Source: Spirochaetaceae bacterium (GTDB lineage: Bacteria > Spirochaetota > Spirochaetia > PWKH01). Taken from it: 32,680 nt of DNA. Both the position numbers and the translations under genes were made by a program. The notes beneath the pieces were generated by a model that saw nothing but the letters and a program-made list of their open reading frames with translations, was not told the DNA's origin and made no database searches. The stretch is from NCBI GenBank assembly GCA_003557605.1, contig PWNW01000184.1:1-32680 (forward strand), written 5' to 3'. Shown here in pieces: positions 10,315 to 18,643 of the stretch. The stretch's first letter is position 1. The number at the start of each line of letters is the position of its first letter.

Positions 10315-10625
10315 TAGAGCACTTCCCCACTCTTTTTCGCAATCCGCTTCTTTTTCCCGCCTTCAAGGGAATACCCGATTCTCGAAGCTTCACCGTTCTT
10401 CGCAGCTGCAGCAACATTAGAGATGTGCAGGGGCGCCTCCACCTCAAGAATTCCGCCGCGGTCATTCTGCTTGCGCTTCTTCATGGCCTTCTTAACCATG
10501 TTGACGCCCTGAACCAGCACTTTATCGTTCTTTGCATCAATTTTAAGAATCTTTCCGGTCTTTCCCTTGTCCTTTCCGGCAAGAACAACTACCGTATCAT
10601 TTTTTTTCAGCTTTGACTTTCCCAT
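10314..10625 (-). CDS. rplX: 50S ribosomal protein L24 (uL24)
   Basis: 103 aa with KOW motif [21 protein letters not shown]. Its stop overlaps the rplE start by 1 nt. Confidence 0.96.
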   Translation of the reverse strand: MGKSKLKKNDTVVVLAGKDKGKTGKILKIDAKNDKVLVQGVNMVKKAMKKRKQNDRGGILEVEAPLHISNVAAAAKNGEASRIGYSLEGGKKKRIAKKSGEVL

Positions 10626-10634
10626 GCTCCGCTC

Positions 10635-11003
10635 CTACAGCACTTCCGGTGCCAGCGACACGATCTTCATATATCCGCCCTCACGAAGTTCGCGGGCAAC
10701 GGGCCCGAAGATACGTTTTCCCCTGGGGTTGCCGCCGGTATCAATAATAACGCAGGCGTTATCATCAAACCGGATATAGGTCCCGTCGGGCCTTCGATAT
10801 TCCTTCTTCGTACGGACAATCACAGCCCTCTGAACAGCTCCCCGTTTGATCTGTCCGTTCGGCAGTGCATCCTTTACTGCAACAACAATGACATCGCCCA
10901 CACCGGCGCTTTTTCTCTTGCTGCCGCCAAGGACCTTAATGCACTGCACGCGTTTGGCGCCGCTGTTGTCAGCTACGTTCAAGTACGACTGCATCTGAAT
11001 CAT
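10635..11003 (-). CDS. rplN: 50S ribosomal protein L14 (uL14)
   Basis: 122 aa, starting [17 protein letters not shown]. Confidence 0.97.
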   Translation of the reverse strand: MIQMQSYLNVADNSGAKRVQCIKVLGGSKRKSAGVGDVIVVAVKDALPNGQIKRGAVQRAVIVRTKKEYRRPDGTYIRFDDNACVIIDTGGNPRGKRIFGPVARELREGGYMKIVSLAPEVL

Positions 11004-11021
11004 AACCCAGCTCCTTCTCCA

Positions 11022-11273
11022 TTATTTTGCGCGTTCAATTATCCCAGATAGACGCCAGCATTTTTCCTTGCTGATAGGCCTGCATTCAATCACCCGCACC
11101 GTATCACCGATATGAGCTGAATTCTTTTCATCGTGCGCTTTGACCTTCTTCGTTCTGGTAACATACTTCTTATACAGAGGGTGGAGCTGCTTCGTGGTGA
11201 TAAGAACAACAATGGTCTTATCCATCTTGTCACTCACAACCTGTCCTGTATATGTTTTTTTTGTAACATCCAT
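11022..11273 (-). CDS. rpsQ: 30S ribosomal protein S17 (uS17)
   Basis: 83 aa containing [15 protein letters not shown]...[16 protein letters not shown]. Operon position fits. Confidence 0.95.
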   Translation of the reverse strand: MDVTKKTYTGQVVSDKMDKTIVVLITTKQLHPLYKKYVTRTKKVKAHDEKNSAHIGDTVRVIECRPISKEKCWRLSGIIERAK

Positions 11274-11289
11274 ATCCCTCAGGCCTCAC

Positions 11290-11496
11290 TTATTTTTTAT
11301 TTTCCCGAATGCCCAGGGCATATTCGTGAATCAGCGTATTCAACCTGGAAAGCTGTCGACGGACCGTGCGAAGCCCCAGGGGATTTTCCAGGTGACCCAT
11401 CACCTTGTCGATGCGCATCTTCAGATAGGTCTTTCTCAGTTCCTCCCGCTTGGTCACCATCTCTGTATATGTCAAATCATTAAATGAATTTTTCAT
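11290..11496 (-). CDS. rpmC: 50S ribosomal protein L29 (uL29)
   Basis: 68 aa and predicted helical. It lies between rplP and rpsQ. Confidence 0.92.
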   Translation of the reverse strand: MKNSFNDLTYTEMVTKREELRKTYLKMRIDKVMGHLENPLGLRTVRRQLSRLNTLIHEYALGIRENKK

Positions 11497-11500
11497 ATCT

Positions 11501-11917
11501 CTACTCCAAATCCCTTCGGACTACAAACTTCGTCTTGATCGGCAGCTTGCTTCCGGCAAGTTTAAAGGCTTCCCGGGCAAGATCTTCCTTTACCCCTGCC
11601 ATCTCAAACATGACAGCGCCTTCCTTCACCACCGCAACCCAGCCTTCAGGGCTTCCCTTTCCCTTTCCCTGCCTGGTCTCTGCAGGTTTCTTGGTATAGG
11701 GCATATCGGGGAAAATTCGGATCCACACCTTTCCGCCCCTTTTCACATGACGGGTCATGGCAACACGGGCAGCTTCAATCTGTCTGGCGGTTATCCATTT
11801 CGGTTCAAGGGCCACCAGTCCGAAATCGCCGAATGCGACGGTATTTCCCCTGTTGGCTACGCCGTCTCTGTTACCCCGCTGCTTCTTTCTGTATTTTATT
11901 CTTTTTGGACTGAGCAT
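11501..11917 (-). CDS. rplP: 50S ribosomal protein L16 (uL16)
   Basis: 138 aa, starting [15 protein letters not shown]. Confidence 0.97.
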   Translation of the reverse strand: MLSPKRIKYRKKQRGNRDGVANRGNTVAFGDFGLVALEPKWITARQIEAARVAMTRHVKRGGKVWIRIFPDMPYTKKPAETRQGKGKGSPEGWVAVVKEGAVMFEMAGVKEDLAREAFKLAGSKLPIKTKFVVRRDLE

Positions 11918-11920
11918 ACC

Positions 11921-12625
11921 CTACTGACTCCTTGCATCGTTTCGTTCTTTCGGCCTGTTGACAAGCAGTCCGGCATCTTCCTGCTTAGTCTTTTTATAGA
12001 CCTCGCCCTTGAAGACCCATACCTTCACTCCGATCATACCGAAGGTAGTGTCTGCTTCAGCAAATCCGTAGTCAATATCGGAACGGAGTGTATGCAGAGG
12101 GACCCGTCCTGCCTTGTGCCATTCCGTTCTAGCCATCTCAGCACCGCCGAGCCTTCCAGCCACTTTGATCTTCACACCCTGAACACCGGCCTTCATGGCG
12201 CTGCTTACTGCCATCTTCAAGGCTCTCCGAAAGGATCCCCTCATTTTCAGCTGCCGGGCAACATTTGCCGCAATCAGCTGTGCATCAGCCTCTGCGCGCT
12301 TGACTTCCTTAATCTTGATCTGAATCTTCTTGTTTGCCAGCTTCTGCAGTCTCCCGCCGAGCTTTTCCACATTGGATCCCTTCGGACCAATGATGATTCC
12401 GGGCCGGGATGTCTTGATAATTATTGTAATGCGCTGGGGCTTTCTGATGATTTCCACATCAGAAATATCAGCACCCTGGGTTTCCGGACATTTCTCCAGC
12501 TCCTTGCGAAGCTTCAGGTCCTCGTGCAGCGTATCAGCATATTCCCTGGGGTCTACATACCATTTTGACTTCCATGTTTTGTTGACTCCTAAGCGAAGCC
12601 CCGTAGGATTTACTTTCTGACCCAT
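11921..12625 (-). CDS. rpsC: 30S ribosomal protein S3 (uS3)
   Basis: 234 aa with an MGQKVNPTGLRLG N-terminus and a KH domain. Its ATG directly abuts the rplV stop (TAGATG). Confidence 0.97.
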   Translation of the reverse strand: MGQKVNPTGLRLGVNKTWKSKWYVDPREYADTLHEDLKLRKELEKCPETQGADISDVEIIRKPQRITIIIKTSRPGIIIGPKGSNVEKLGGRLQKLANKKIQIKIKEVKRAEADAQLIAANVARQLKMRGSFRRALKMAVSSAMKAGVQGVKIKVAGRLGGAEMARTEWHKAGRVPLHTLRSDIDYGFAEADTTFGMIGVKVWVFKGEVYKKTKQEDAGLLVNRPKERNDARSQ

Positions 12626-12991
12626 CTAGTCCCCCATTTTCGTTATTTCATAAAGGACCACGGAGATGTGACTCATCCGCTTAAGCAGGAGATCCCGCCT
12701 TCCGTGAGAACGGGCCCATACCCGCTTCAGCCGGGGCCCTTCGTTTATCTGGATTTCCTTGATATACAGCATTTCCTCATCCAGCTTCTTGTTCTGCGAA
12801 AGCGCATTGGCCGCAGCTGAGCGTACTACCTTGTGTATCAGCCTGGCTCCCTTCTGGGGCATAGCCTCAAGGACCGCCAGCACATCCACATATCCCTTCC
12901 CGCGGACAAGATCTGCCACAGGACGAACCTTTGAAGGTGATACCATCAGAAACTTCGCAGTAGCTTGATAACCCTTTTTAGCTTCCATCAT
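12626..12991 (-). CDS. rplV: 50S ribosomal protein L22 (uL22)
   Basis: 121 aa containing AKFLMVSPSKVRPVADLVRGK. Operon position fits. Confidence 0.95.
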   Translation of the reverse strand: MMEAKKGYQATAKFLMVSPSKVRPVADLVRGKGYVDVLAVLEAMPQKGARLIHKVVRSAAANALSQNKKLDEEMLYIKEIQINEGPRLKRVWARSHGRRDLLLKRMSHISVVLYEITKMGD

Positions 12992-12996
12992 GACAC

Positions 12997-13278
12997 CTAT
13001 CTCTTCTTCGCTTTATTGTCAGACCCGGCATGACCGCGAAAAATTCTTGTAGGGGAAAACTCACCAAGCTTATGCCCCACCAGATTCTCGGTAACATACA
13101 CTGGAACCCAGGTCTTTCCGTTGTAGACAGAAACAGTCAGTCCGACCATTTCAGGAATGATTGTCGAGCAGCGGGAATAGGTTTTAATCATCGGTTTGCT
13201 CCCCGCCTTGTTCGCATCGAGTACTCGCTTATAGAGCTTTTTCTCGATAAAAGGACCTTTCTTTATTGACCTAGCCAC
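12997..13278 (-). CDS. rpsS: 30S ribosomal protein S19 (uS19)
   Basis: 93 aa with [10 protein letters not shown] and [11 protein letters not shown]. Confidence 0.97.
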   Translation of the reverse strand: MARSIKKGPFIEKKLYKRVLDANKAGSKPMIKTYSRCSTIIPEMVGLTVSVYNGKTWVPVYVTENLVGHKLGEFSPTRIFRGHAGSDNKAKKR

Positions 13279-13287
13279 GTCCTACCC

Positions 13288-14109
13288 TCACCTTTTCTTC
13301 ACGATAAACTTGCTGGAAGTTTTCTTTTTCTTCCTGGTCTTGTATCCCTTCGTCGGAACACCCCATGGAGACACAGGATGCCGTCCTCCGGATGTACGTC
13401 CTTCACCACCGCCGTGGGGGTGGTCAACAGGATTCATTACAACACCACGAACCTTTGGTCTTCTGCCCAGCCACCGTGAACGGCCTGCTTTCCCGAGGGA
13501 GACGTTCATATGGTCCTCGTTTCCCACTTCACCGATCGTAGCGCTGCACTTTCCGAATACCATCCTTACTTCACCAGAGGGAAGCTTCAGCGTAACATAG
13601 TCGCCTTCCCTGGCAATGATGGTAGCACCTGCTCCTGCTGAACGGACCATTTGTCCGCCCTTTCCCAGATGCATTTCCACGTTATGCACCACCATACCGA
13701 GAGGCATATTGCACATCGGAAGGGTGTTGCCTACTTCAAGAGGAGCATCGGGTCCGCTGACCACGGAAGCATTCACCTTCAGTCCCTTGGGGGCCAGAAT
13801 ATACCGTTTTTCTCCGTCAGCATAAGCAATCAATGCAATGTTTGCCGTCCTGTTCGGATCATAGGAAATATCCTTGACAACACCGGGAATCCCGGTCTTG
13901 TTCCTCTTAAAGTCAATGGTTCTGAGTTTTCTCTTATGTCCGCCTCCGCGCCTTCTGACGCTGATGCGTCCTCCGGCACCCCTTCCTGCCTTGGATCCAT
14001 GGCCTTTCGTCAAGGCCTTCTCAGTTTTCGGCGACGTTATCTCTTCAAAGGTAAGAGTCGTCTTAAACCGAAGACTCGGGGTTCTCGGCTTGTATGTCTT
14101 AATTCCCAT
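13288..14109 (-). CDS. rplB: 50S ribosomal protein L2 (uL2)
   Basis: 273 aa with motif [21 protein letters not shown]. Confidence 0.98.
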   Translation of the reverse strand: MGIKTYKPRTPSLRFKTTLTFEEITSPKTEKALTKGHGSKAGRGAGGRISVRRRGGGHKRKLRTIDFKRNKTGIPGVVKDISYDPNRTANIALIAYADGEKRYILAPKGLKVNASVVSGPDAPLEVGNTLPMCNMPLGMVVHNVEMHLGKGGQMVRSAGAGATIIAREGDYVTLKLPSGEVRMVFGKCSATIGEVGNEDHMNVSLGKAGRSRWLGRRPKVRGVVMNPVDHPHGGGEGRTSGGRHPVSPWGVPTKGYKTRKKKKTSSKFIVKKR

Positions 14110-14125
14110 CTCGTATCCCCTTCAT

Positions 14126-14428
14126 CTAGACGCCGTCGATCGCATCGATCGCGTCACCCTTGGCAAGGGTAACAATTGCCTTCTTCCAGGGCCCCGTATT
14201 TCCTGCCCGCATTCCGGACTTGGTCCTGGTAAATTTCGGTTTTCCCTTTACATTCACTACATTGCAGCTGACAGGCTTCACAGAAAACAGCTGTTCAACT
14301 GCCTGCATGATCTGAATCTTGTTAGCCCGGGGATTTACCTTGAAGGCATATTTCTTCACCTCGGTCTCCCGCATGCTGTTCGACTTTTCAGTCAGCACCG
14401 GCTCGATAATTACCTGATCTGCTCTCAC
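14126..14428 (-). CDS. rplW: 50S ribosomal protein L23 (uL23)
   Basis: 100 aa containing IIEPVLTEKS. It lies between rplD and rplB. Confidence 0.94.
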   Translation of the reverse strand: MRADQVIIEPVLTEKSNSMRETEVKKYAFKVNPRANKIQIMQAVEQLFSVKPVSCNVVNVKGKPKFTRTKSGMRAGNTGPWKKAIVTLAKGDAIDAIDGV

Positions 14429-14439
14429 GATGCGACCCC

Positions 14440-15066
14440 TTACTGTATTCCGTAAAATTCGTTGAGATTTCCAGCAGCAGATTCCATAACAAGAATATGC
14501 TTCCCGTAATGAAGTTCTTTTGCCGAAAGCCTGTTGCAGCTGAGCATACGGAGCCAGGGAATATTCCTTCCGGCCCTTCTGATCAGCTCATCATCATCCT
14601 TCAGTATGATCACTGTCCGCTCGGTACCGACAAAATTCTTCAGCACCGCAACAAGATCCTTGGTTTTTCCAGTTTCTACGGTAAAATCCTCAACAATCTT
14701 GAGTTTCTCTTCCTGCAGTTTCTGAGACAGGAGAGAAATCATGGCCAGTCTCTTGACCTTCTTCGGCAGACGATAGCTGTAGTCTCTCGGCTGAGGCCCG
14801 AAAATAGTTCCTCCGCCGACCCAGATGGGGGACTTCTTGTCGCCGGAGCGCGCATGTCCTGTCCCTTTCTGCCGCCAGGGTTTAGCATTGCTGTAATTTA
14901 CCATACCTCTAGTCTTTACGCTGGCTGTACCGACCCGCCTGTTGGCAAGCTCGTTGTTCACCGCATAATAAATGGCACCGTCACTGACCTCATGACTGAA
15001 TACATCATCATTGAGTTCTATATGTTTAACCTCTTCGCCTTGTATCGAAAAGACTTTCGCTTTCAT
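14440..15066 (-). CDS. rplD: 50S ribosomal protein L4 (uL4)
   Basis: 208 aa with motif [25 protein letters not shown]. Confidence 0.96.
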   Translation of the reverse strand: MKAKVFSIQGEEVKHIELNDDVFSHEVSDGAIYYAVNNELANRRVGTASVKTRGMVNYSNAKPWRQKGTGHARSGDKKSPIWVGGGTIFGPQPRDYSYRLPKKVKRLAMISLLSQKLQEEKLKIVEDFTVETGKTKDLVAVLKNFVGTERTVIILKDDDELIRRAGRNIPWLRMLSCNRLSAKELHYGKHILVMESAAGNLNEFYGIQ

Positions 15067-15076
15067 GGTTCTGCCC

Positions 15077-15700
15077 CTACTTCTTTATAGCTTTCCTGAC
15101 AATCACGACGCCCTGTCTGGGACCGGGAACCGCACCCTTCACCATCAGTATCTGCTTGTCCTCATCAATCCTGACAACACGCAGATTCTGCACGGAAGTT
15201 TTTTCACCGCCCATTCTGCCGGGCATTTTTGTTCCCTTGAATACCCTGGAAGGAGTTGCAGCCATACCGGTTCCTCCAAGTCCTCTCTTAAACTTGGATC
15301 CGTGAGTCGCCTGTCCTCCGGAAAATCCGTGGCGCTTCATTGCACCTTGGAATCCCTTACCCTTGGATGTGCCTTCGATATCCACAAAGGCGATCTCCTT
15401 GAACAGGGTTACTCCAAGGGACTCTCCAACTTCAACTTCCTTTTCGTAATCCCGCATCTCAAGCAGCACCTGCCTCGGGTTTCCGACTTTCTTAAACTGC
15501 CCCGCATAAGGTTTGGTAGTCCGTGACGGCTTGACTTCAACTGAACCAAGCACACAGGCATTGTATCCGTTCTTATCTGCGGTACGCTGTTCAACCACGA
15601 CATTCTCATCTATTTTTATAACCGTTACCGGGGTAAGCACCCCTCGGTCGTCAAATACCTGTGTCATTCCGACTTTTCTGCCGATCAGCCCTAACATCAT
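15077..15700 (-). CDS. rplC: 50S ribosomal protein L3 (uL3)
   Basis: 207 aa with motifs [13 protein letters not shown] and [16 protein letters not shown]. Confidence 0.97.
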   Translation of the reverse strand: MMLGLIGRKVGMTQVFDDRGVLTPVTVIKIDENVVVEQRTADKNGYNACVLGSVEVKPSRTTKPYAGQFKKVGNPRQVLLEMRDYEKEVEVGESLGVTLFKEIAFVDIEGTSKGKGFQGAMKRHGFSGGQATHGSKFKRGLGGTGMAATPSRVFKGTKMPGRMGGEKTSVQNLRVVRIDEDKQILMVKGAVPGPRQGVVIVRKAIKK

Positions 15701-15727
15701 TCACCTCAACTGTTTTGTTACTGTCTC

Positions 15728-16036
15728 TTACTGCTTGATCTCAACGTCCACACCGGCAGGAAGCTCTAGCTTCATCAGAGCATCCATAACCTTCGACGTA
15801 GGATCAAGTATATCTACCAGCCTCTTGTTAGTCCGCATTTCAAACTGTTCACGAGACTTCTTGTTTACATGAGGCGATCTCAAGACCGTGAACTTATTGA
15901 TACGAGTTGGAAGAGGGACCGGTCCGGCTACCTGAGCTCCCGCCTTGACAACGGTGTCAACAATTGCTCTTGAGCTCTGTTCAACCAGTTCAATATCAAA
16001 TCCTCTCAGCCGCACCCGAATTCTTTCCTTGGCCAT
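15728..16036 (-). CDS. rpsJ: 30S ribosomal protein S10 (uS10)
   Basis: The track ORF extends to 16063. I place the start at the internal ATG (16036-16034, [14 protein letters not shown]...). GGGAGG lies 5 nt upstream of it. The 9-codon extension would run into the tuf-rpsJ stem-loop. The product is 102 aa. Confidence 0.95.
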   Translation of the reverse strand: MAKERIRVRLRGFDIELVEQSSRAIVDTVVKAGAQVAGPVPLPTRINKFTVLRSPHVNKKSREQFEMRTNKRLVDILDPTSKVMDALMKLELPAGVDVEIKQ

Positions 16037-16056
16037 TATTCCTCCCATAGAGATAT

Positions 16057-16083
16057 CCCGCACACCTATGAGGGGTGTGCGGG
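16057..16083 (-). promoter_or_regulatory. Intercistronic GC-rich stem-loop between tuf and rpsJ
   Basis: Perfect 10-bp stem CCCGCACACC / GGUGUGCGGG with a 7-nt loop, 16 nt after the tuf stop. It is followed by AUAUCUCUAU (U-containing but not a U-tract) and the rpsJ SD. Confidence 0.45.
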
Positions 16084-16099
16084 CTGCAGTTCATGCTGT

Positions 16100-17290
16100 T
16101 TATTCAGTTACCTCAACAACCTGGCCGCTTGCTACGGTCCTTCCGCCTTCACGGATGGCGAACCGAAGTCCCTTTTCCATGGCGATGGGGTTGATCAGCT
16201 CAACATTGATATCAGAATTGTCTCCAGGCATTACCATCTGCTTTCCTTCAGGAAGGTTCACCGTACCGGTAATGTCGGTGGTCCTGAAGTAGAACTGAGG
16301 CCGGTATCCCGGGAAGAAGGGAGAATGGCGTCCACCTTCCTCTTTGCTCAGACAGTAGATAGTTCCGATAAAATTCTTGTGAGGAGTAATGGATCCTGGT
16401 TTAGCAAGCACCTGTCCGCGGACAACTTCTTTCTTATCCACACCGCGCAGAAGTGCACCAATGTTATCTCCAGCCTGACCTTCGTCAAGCAGCTTGTTGA
16501 ACATCTCAACACCGGTACAGGTGGTCTTCTTGGTGTCCTTGATCCCTACGATCTCAATTTCATCACCGACCTTCACAATACCGCGCTCAATTCTTCCAGT
16601 AACTACCGTACCACGTCCCTGAATAGAGAAAATATCCTCAATAGGCATCAGGAAGGGCTTATCGGTAGCACGTTCGGGCTGAGGAAAATAGTTGTCCATT
16701 GCATCAAGAAGTTCCTGCACGCATTTGATAGCTTCAGGATCATCAGGATTTTCCATAGCATTGAATGCAGATCCCTTAATGATGGGAACATCAGCTCCGG
16801 GGAACTCATACTCAGTAAGAAGATCCCTCATTTCCTCTTCCACCAGTTCAATCAGGTCAGGGTCATCAACCTGGTCAGTCTTGTTGATGAATACGATAAG
16901 TGCAGGTACTCCTACCTGCCGGGCCAGGAGAATGTGCTCCTTGGTCTGCGCCATGGCACCGTCGGTTGCAGCTACAACGATAACCGCGCCGTCCATCTGG
17001 GCTGCTCCGGTAATCATGTTCTTGATGTAGTCTGCGTGACCCGGGCAGTCCACATGGGCATAATGCCGTTTATCGGTCTGGTACTCAACGTGACGAGTAT
17101 TGATGGTGATACCTCTAGCTTTTTCTTCTGGCGCGTTATCAATTTCGTCGTAATTGAACAGTCTGTCACCGAATTTGCGGGCACTAATCATGGTGATTGC
17201 CGCGGTAAGAGTGGTCTTACCATGGTCTACGTGTCCGATCGTACCGACGTTAATATGCGGTTTCGTCCTCTGGAATTTTGCTTTAGCCAT
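16100..17290 (-). CDS. tuf: Elongation factor Tu
   Basis: 396 aa with GTPase motifs [18 protein letters not shown] and NKTD. AAGGAGG SD lies 5 nt upstream of the ATG. Confidence 0.99.
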   Translation of the reverse strand: MAKAKFQRTKPHINVGTIGHVDHGKTTLTAAITMISARKFGDRLFNYDEIDNAPEEKARGITINTRHVEYQTDKRHYAHVDCPGHADYIKNMITGAAQMDGAVIVVAATDGAMAQTKEHILLARQVGVPALIVFINKTDQVDDPDLIELVEEEMRDLLTEYEFPGADVPIIKGSAFNAMENPDDPEAIKCVQELLDAMDNYFPQPERATDKPFLMPIEDIFSIQGRGTVVTGRIERGIVKVGDEIEIVGIKDTKKTTCTGVEMFNKLLDEGQAGDNIGALLRGVDKKEVVRGQVLAKPGSITPHKNFIGTIYCLSKEEGGRHSPFFPGYRPQFYFRTTDITGTVNLPEGKQMVMPGDNSDINVELINPIAMEKGLRFAIREGGRTVASGQVVEVTE

Positions 17291-17577
17291 CAGTTCCTCC
17301 TTGTGACTAAATCACTGAATTAATAATAAAACTATAAAATCGGTAATACATGCCCATACAGCACCCATCATTACCTTTCTGTGTCATGAAGAGATACATA
17401 AGGAAGGATCCAGAGGTCATACAGGAAATCTTCATCAGCCTGAATGACATGGCACAGTTTGATCTGCACTTTGTCTGGAACCACCTTATCATCCTTGTAT
17501 ACAAGGACGATGGGTTTGGCTCATGACCACATCTGACCAGGGGCAAGTTCATGCCCCTACCAAGCCAGACCATGCTG

Positions 17578-17606
17578 AATATAGAAGTTATTGACAATTT
17601 AGTCAA
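17578..17606 (-). promoter_or_regulatory. Candidate strong sigma70-type promoter for tuf (and probably the downstream S10 operon)
   Basis: The minus strand reads TTGACT-N17-TATATT (TTGACTAAATTGTCAATAACTTCTATATT), 56 nt downstream of the rpsG stop. It predicts a leader of about 280 nt before tuf. Confidence 0.5.
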
Positions 17607-17661
17607 CCGTATTTATGGTGCTTTTCTCTCTATTCAGCAAAAACATAGAAACTTTTTTCTG

Positions 17662-18132
17662 TTACCAACGGTAATGCGAGAACGCCTTGTTGGCCTCGGC
17701 CATTCTATGGGTTTCTTCCTTCTTTTTGAAGGCAGTACCAGTGGAATTATATGCATCCAGCAGCTCTGCCGAAAGTTTCTCGCTCATGGAGCGTCCGCTT
17801 CGTGCACGTGCCGCCTTGATAATCCATCTCATTGCCAGGGCTTCACGCCTGGTCTCCCGGATCTCAACAGGCACCTGATAGGTAGACCCGCCGACACGCC
17901 TGGATTTTACTTCAACCATGGGCTTCACGTTATCTAAACCTTTGAGAAACACATCAAGAGCATTCTCATTGGTCTTTTTTGCAAGAATGTCCATGGCATC
18001 ATAAATGATCGAATTGCTGGTGGACTTCTTGCCGTCAAGCATCATACGCCTGATGAATTTTTCCAGCACCATGCTGCCGTATCTTGGGTCAGGAAGGATT
18101 TCCCGCTGGGGAGCTACACTTCTTCTGCTCAT
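17662..18132 (-). CDS. rpsG: 30S ribosomal protein S7 (uS7)
   Basis: 156 aa containing [20 protein letters not shown] and [16 protein letters not shown]. Confidence 0.97.
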   Translation of the reverse strand: MSRRSVAPQREILPDPRYGSMVLEKFIRRMMLDGKKSTSNSIIYDAMDILAKKTNENALDVFLKGLDNVKPMVEVKSRRVGGSTYQVPVEIRETRREALAMRWIIKAARARSGRSMSEKLSAELLDAYNSTGTAFKKKEETHRMAEANKAFSHYRW

Positions 18133-18143
18133 ACCGGTCCCTC

Positions 18144-18518
18144 CTAAGCCTTAGGCCGCTTCGTTCCGTATTTGGAACGGCCCTGTTTTCTGTCATTCAC
18201 ACCCAATGTATCCTTGGCACCCCGGACAATATGATACCGAACACCTGGAAGGTCCTTGACCCTTCCGCCGCGCAGCAGCACCACTGAATGCTCCTGCAGG
18301 TTATGTCCAATACCGGGGATATATGCCGTCACCTCAATTCCATTGGAAAGCCGGACCCTTGCAACTTTTCTTAAAGCAGAGTTCGGTTTCTTGGGGGTAA
18401 CAGTCATAACCCGTGTACACACCCCTCTCTTCTGGGGGCATGAATCCAATGCGGGTGATTTTGTCTTTTTTCCCTGGGCTTTTCGGCCCTTCCGTATTAA
18501 CTGATTAATCGTAGGCAT
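18144..18518 (-). CDS. rpsL: 30S ribosomal protein S12 (uS12)
   Basis: 124 aa containing [13 protein letters not shown] and [19 protein letters not shown]. Confidence 0.98.
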   Translation of the reverse strand: MPTINQLIRKGRKAQGKKTKSPALDSCPQKRGVCTRVMTVTPKKPNSALRKVARVRLSNGIEVTAYIPGIGHNLQEHSVVLLRGGRVKDLPGVRYHIVRGAKDTLGVNDRKQGRSKYGTKRPKA

Positions 18519-18643
18519 CTATTTTACAAACTCCCTTACGTTATCGGCACCGCTTACAAAGCGCTGCAGTTCTTGTATCTGCAGGATGTAATCCTGCGTG
18601 CATATATGCTATCCGAAGTCAGCATGGAGAACAGAAACCGGGA

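Noticed and set aside
11450-12568. 372-aa plus-strand ORF
   Set aside because: It is entirely antisense to rplP and rpsC, has low-complexity Ser/Leu/Pro-rich composition, and has no SD. This is a typical shadow ORF opposite highly biased coding sequence.
16037-16063. 9-codon N-terminal extension of rpsJ in the ORF track (MRDISMGGI...)
   Set aside because: The internal ATG at 16036 has a GGGAGG SD at proper spacing and gives the canonical S10 N-terminus. The extension overlaps the tuf-rpsJ stem-loop.
16325-17323. 332-aa plus-strand ORF
   Set aside because: It is antisense to tuf, is a shadow ORF, and has no independent signals.
17307-17606. 99-aa minus-strand ORF filling the rpsG-tuf spacer
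   Set aside because: Its ATG lies inside the -35 box, upstream of the predicted transcription start. It has no SD. Its composition is odd (rich in Cys, Met and Trp). I see no resemblance to EF-G or any other family I know. I treat it as a chance open frame.
17291-17661. Possibility that the spacer is a decayed fusA pseudogene, or a known structured RNA (SRP RNA, T-box, riboswitch)
   Set aside because: Hand translation of the frames showed no EF-G G-domain motifs. I saw no SRP-type CAGGUCCGGAAGGAAGCAGC core and no T-box specifier or terminator layout. I cannot exclude an unknown RNA without covariance searches.
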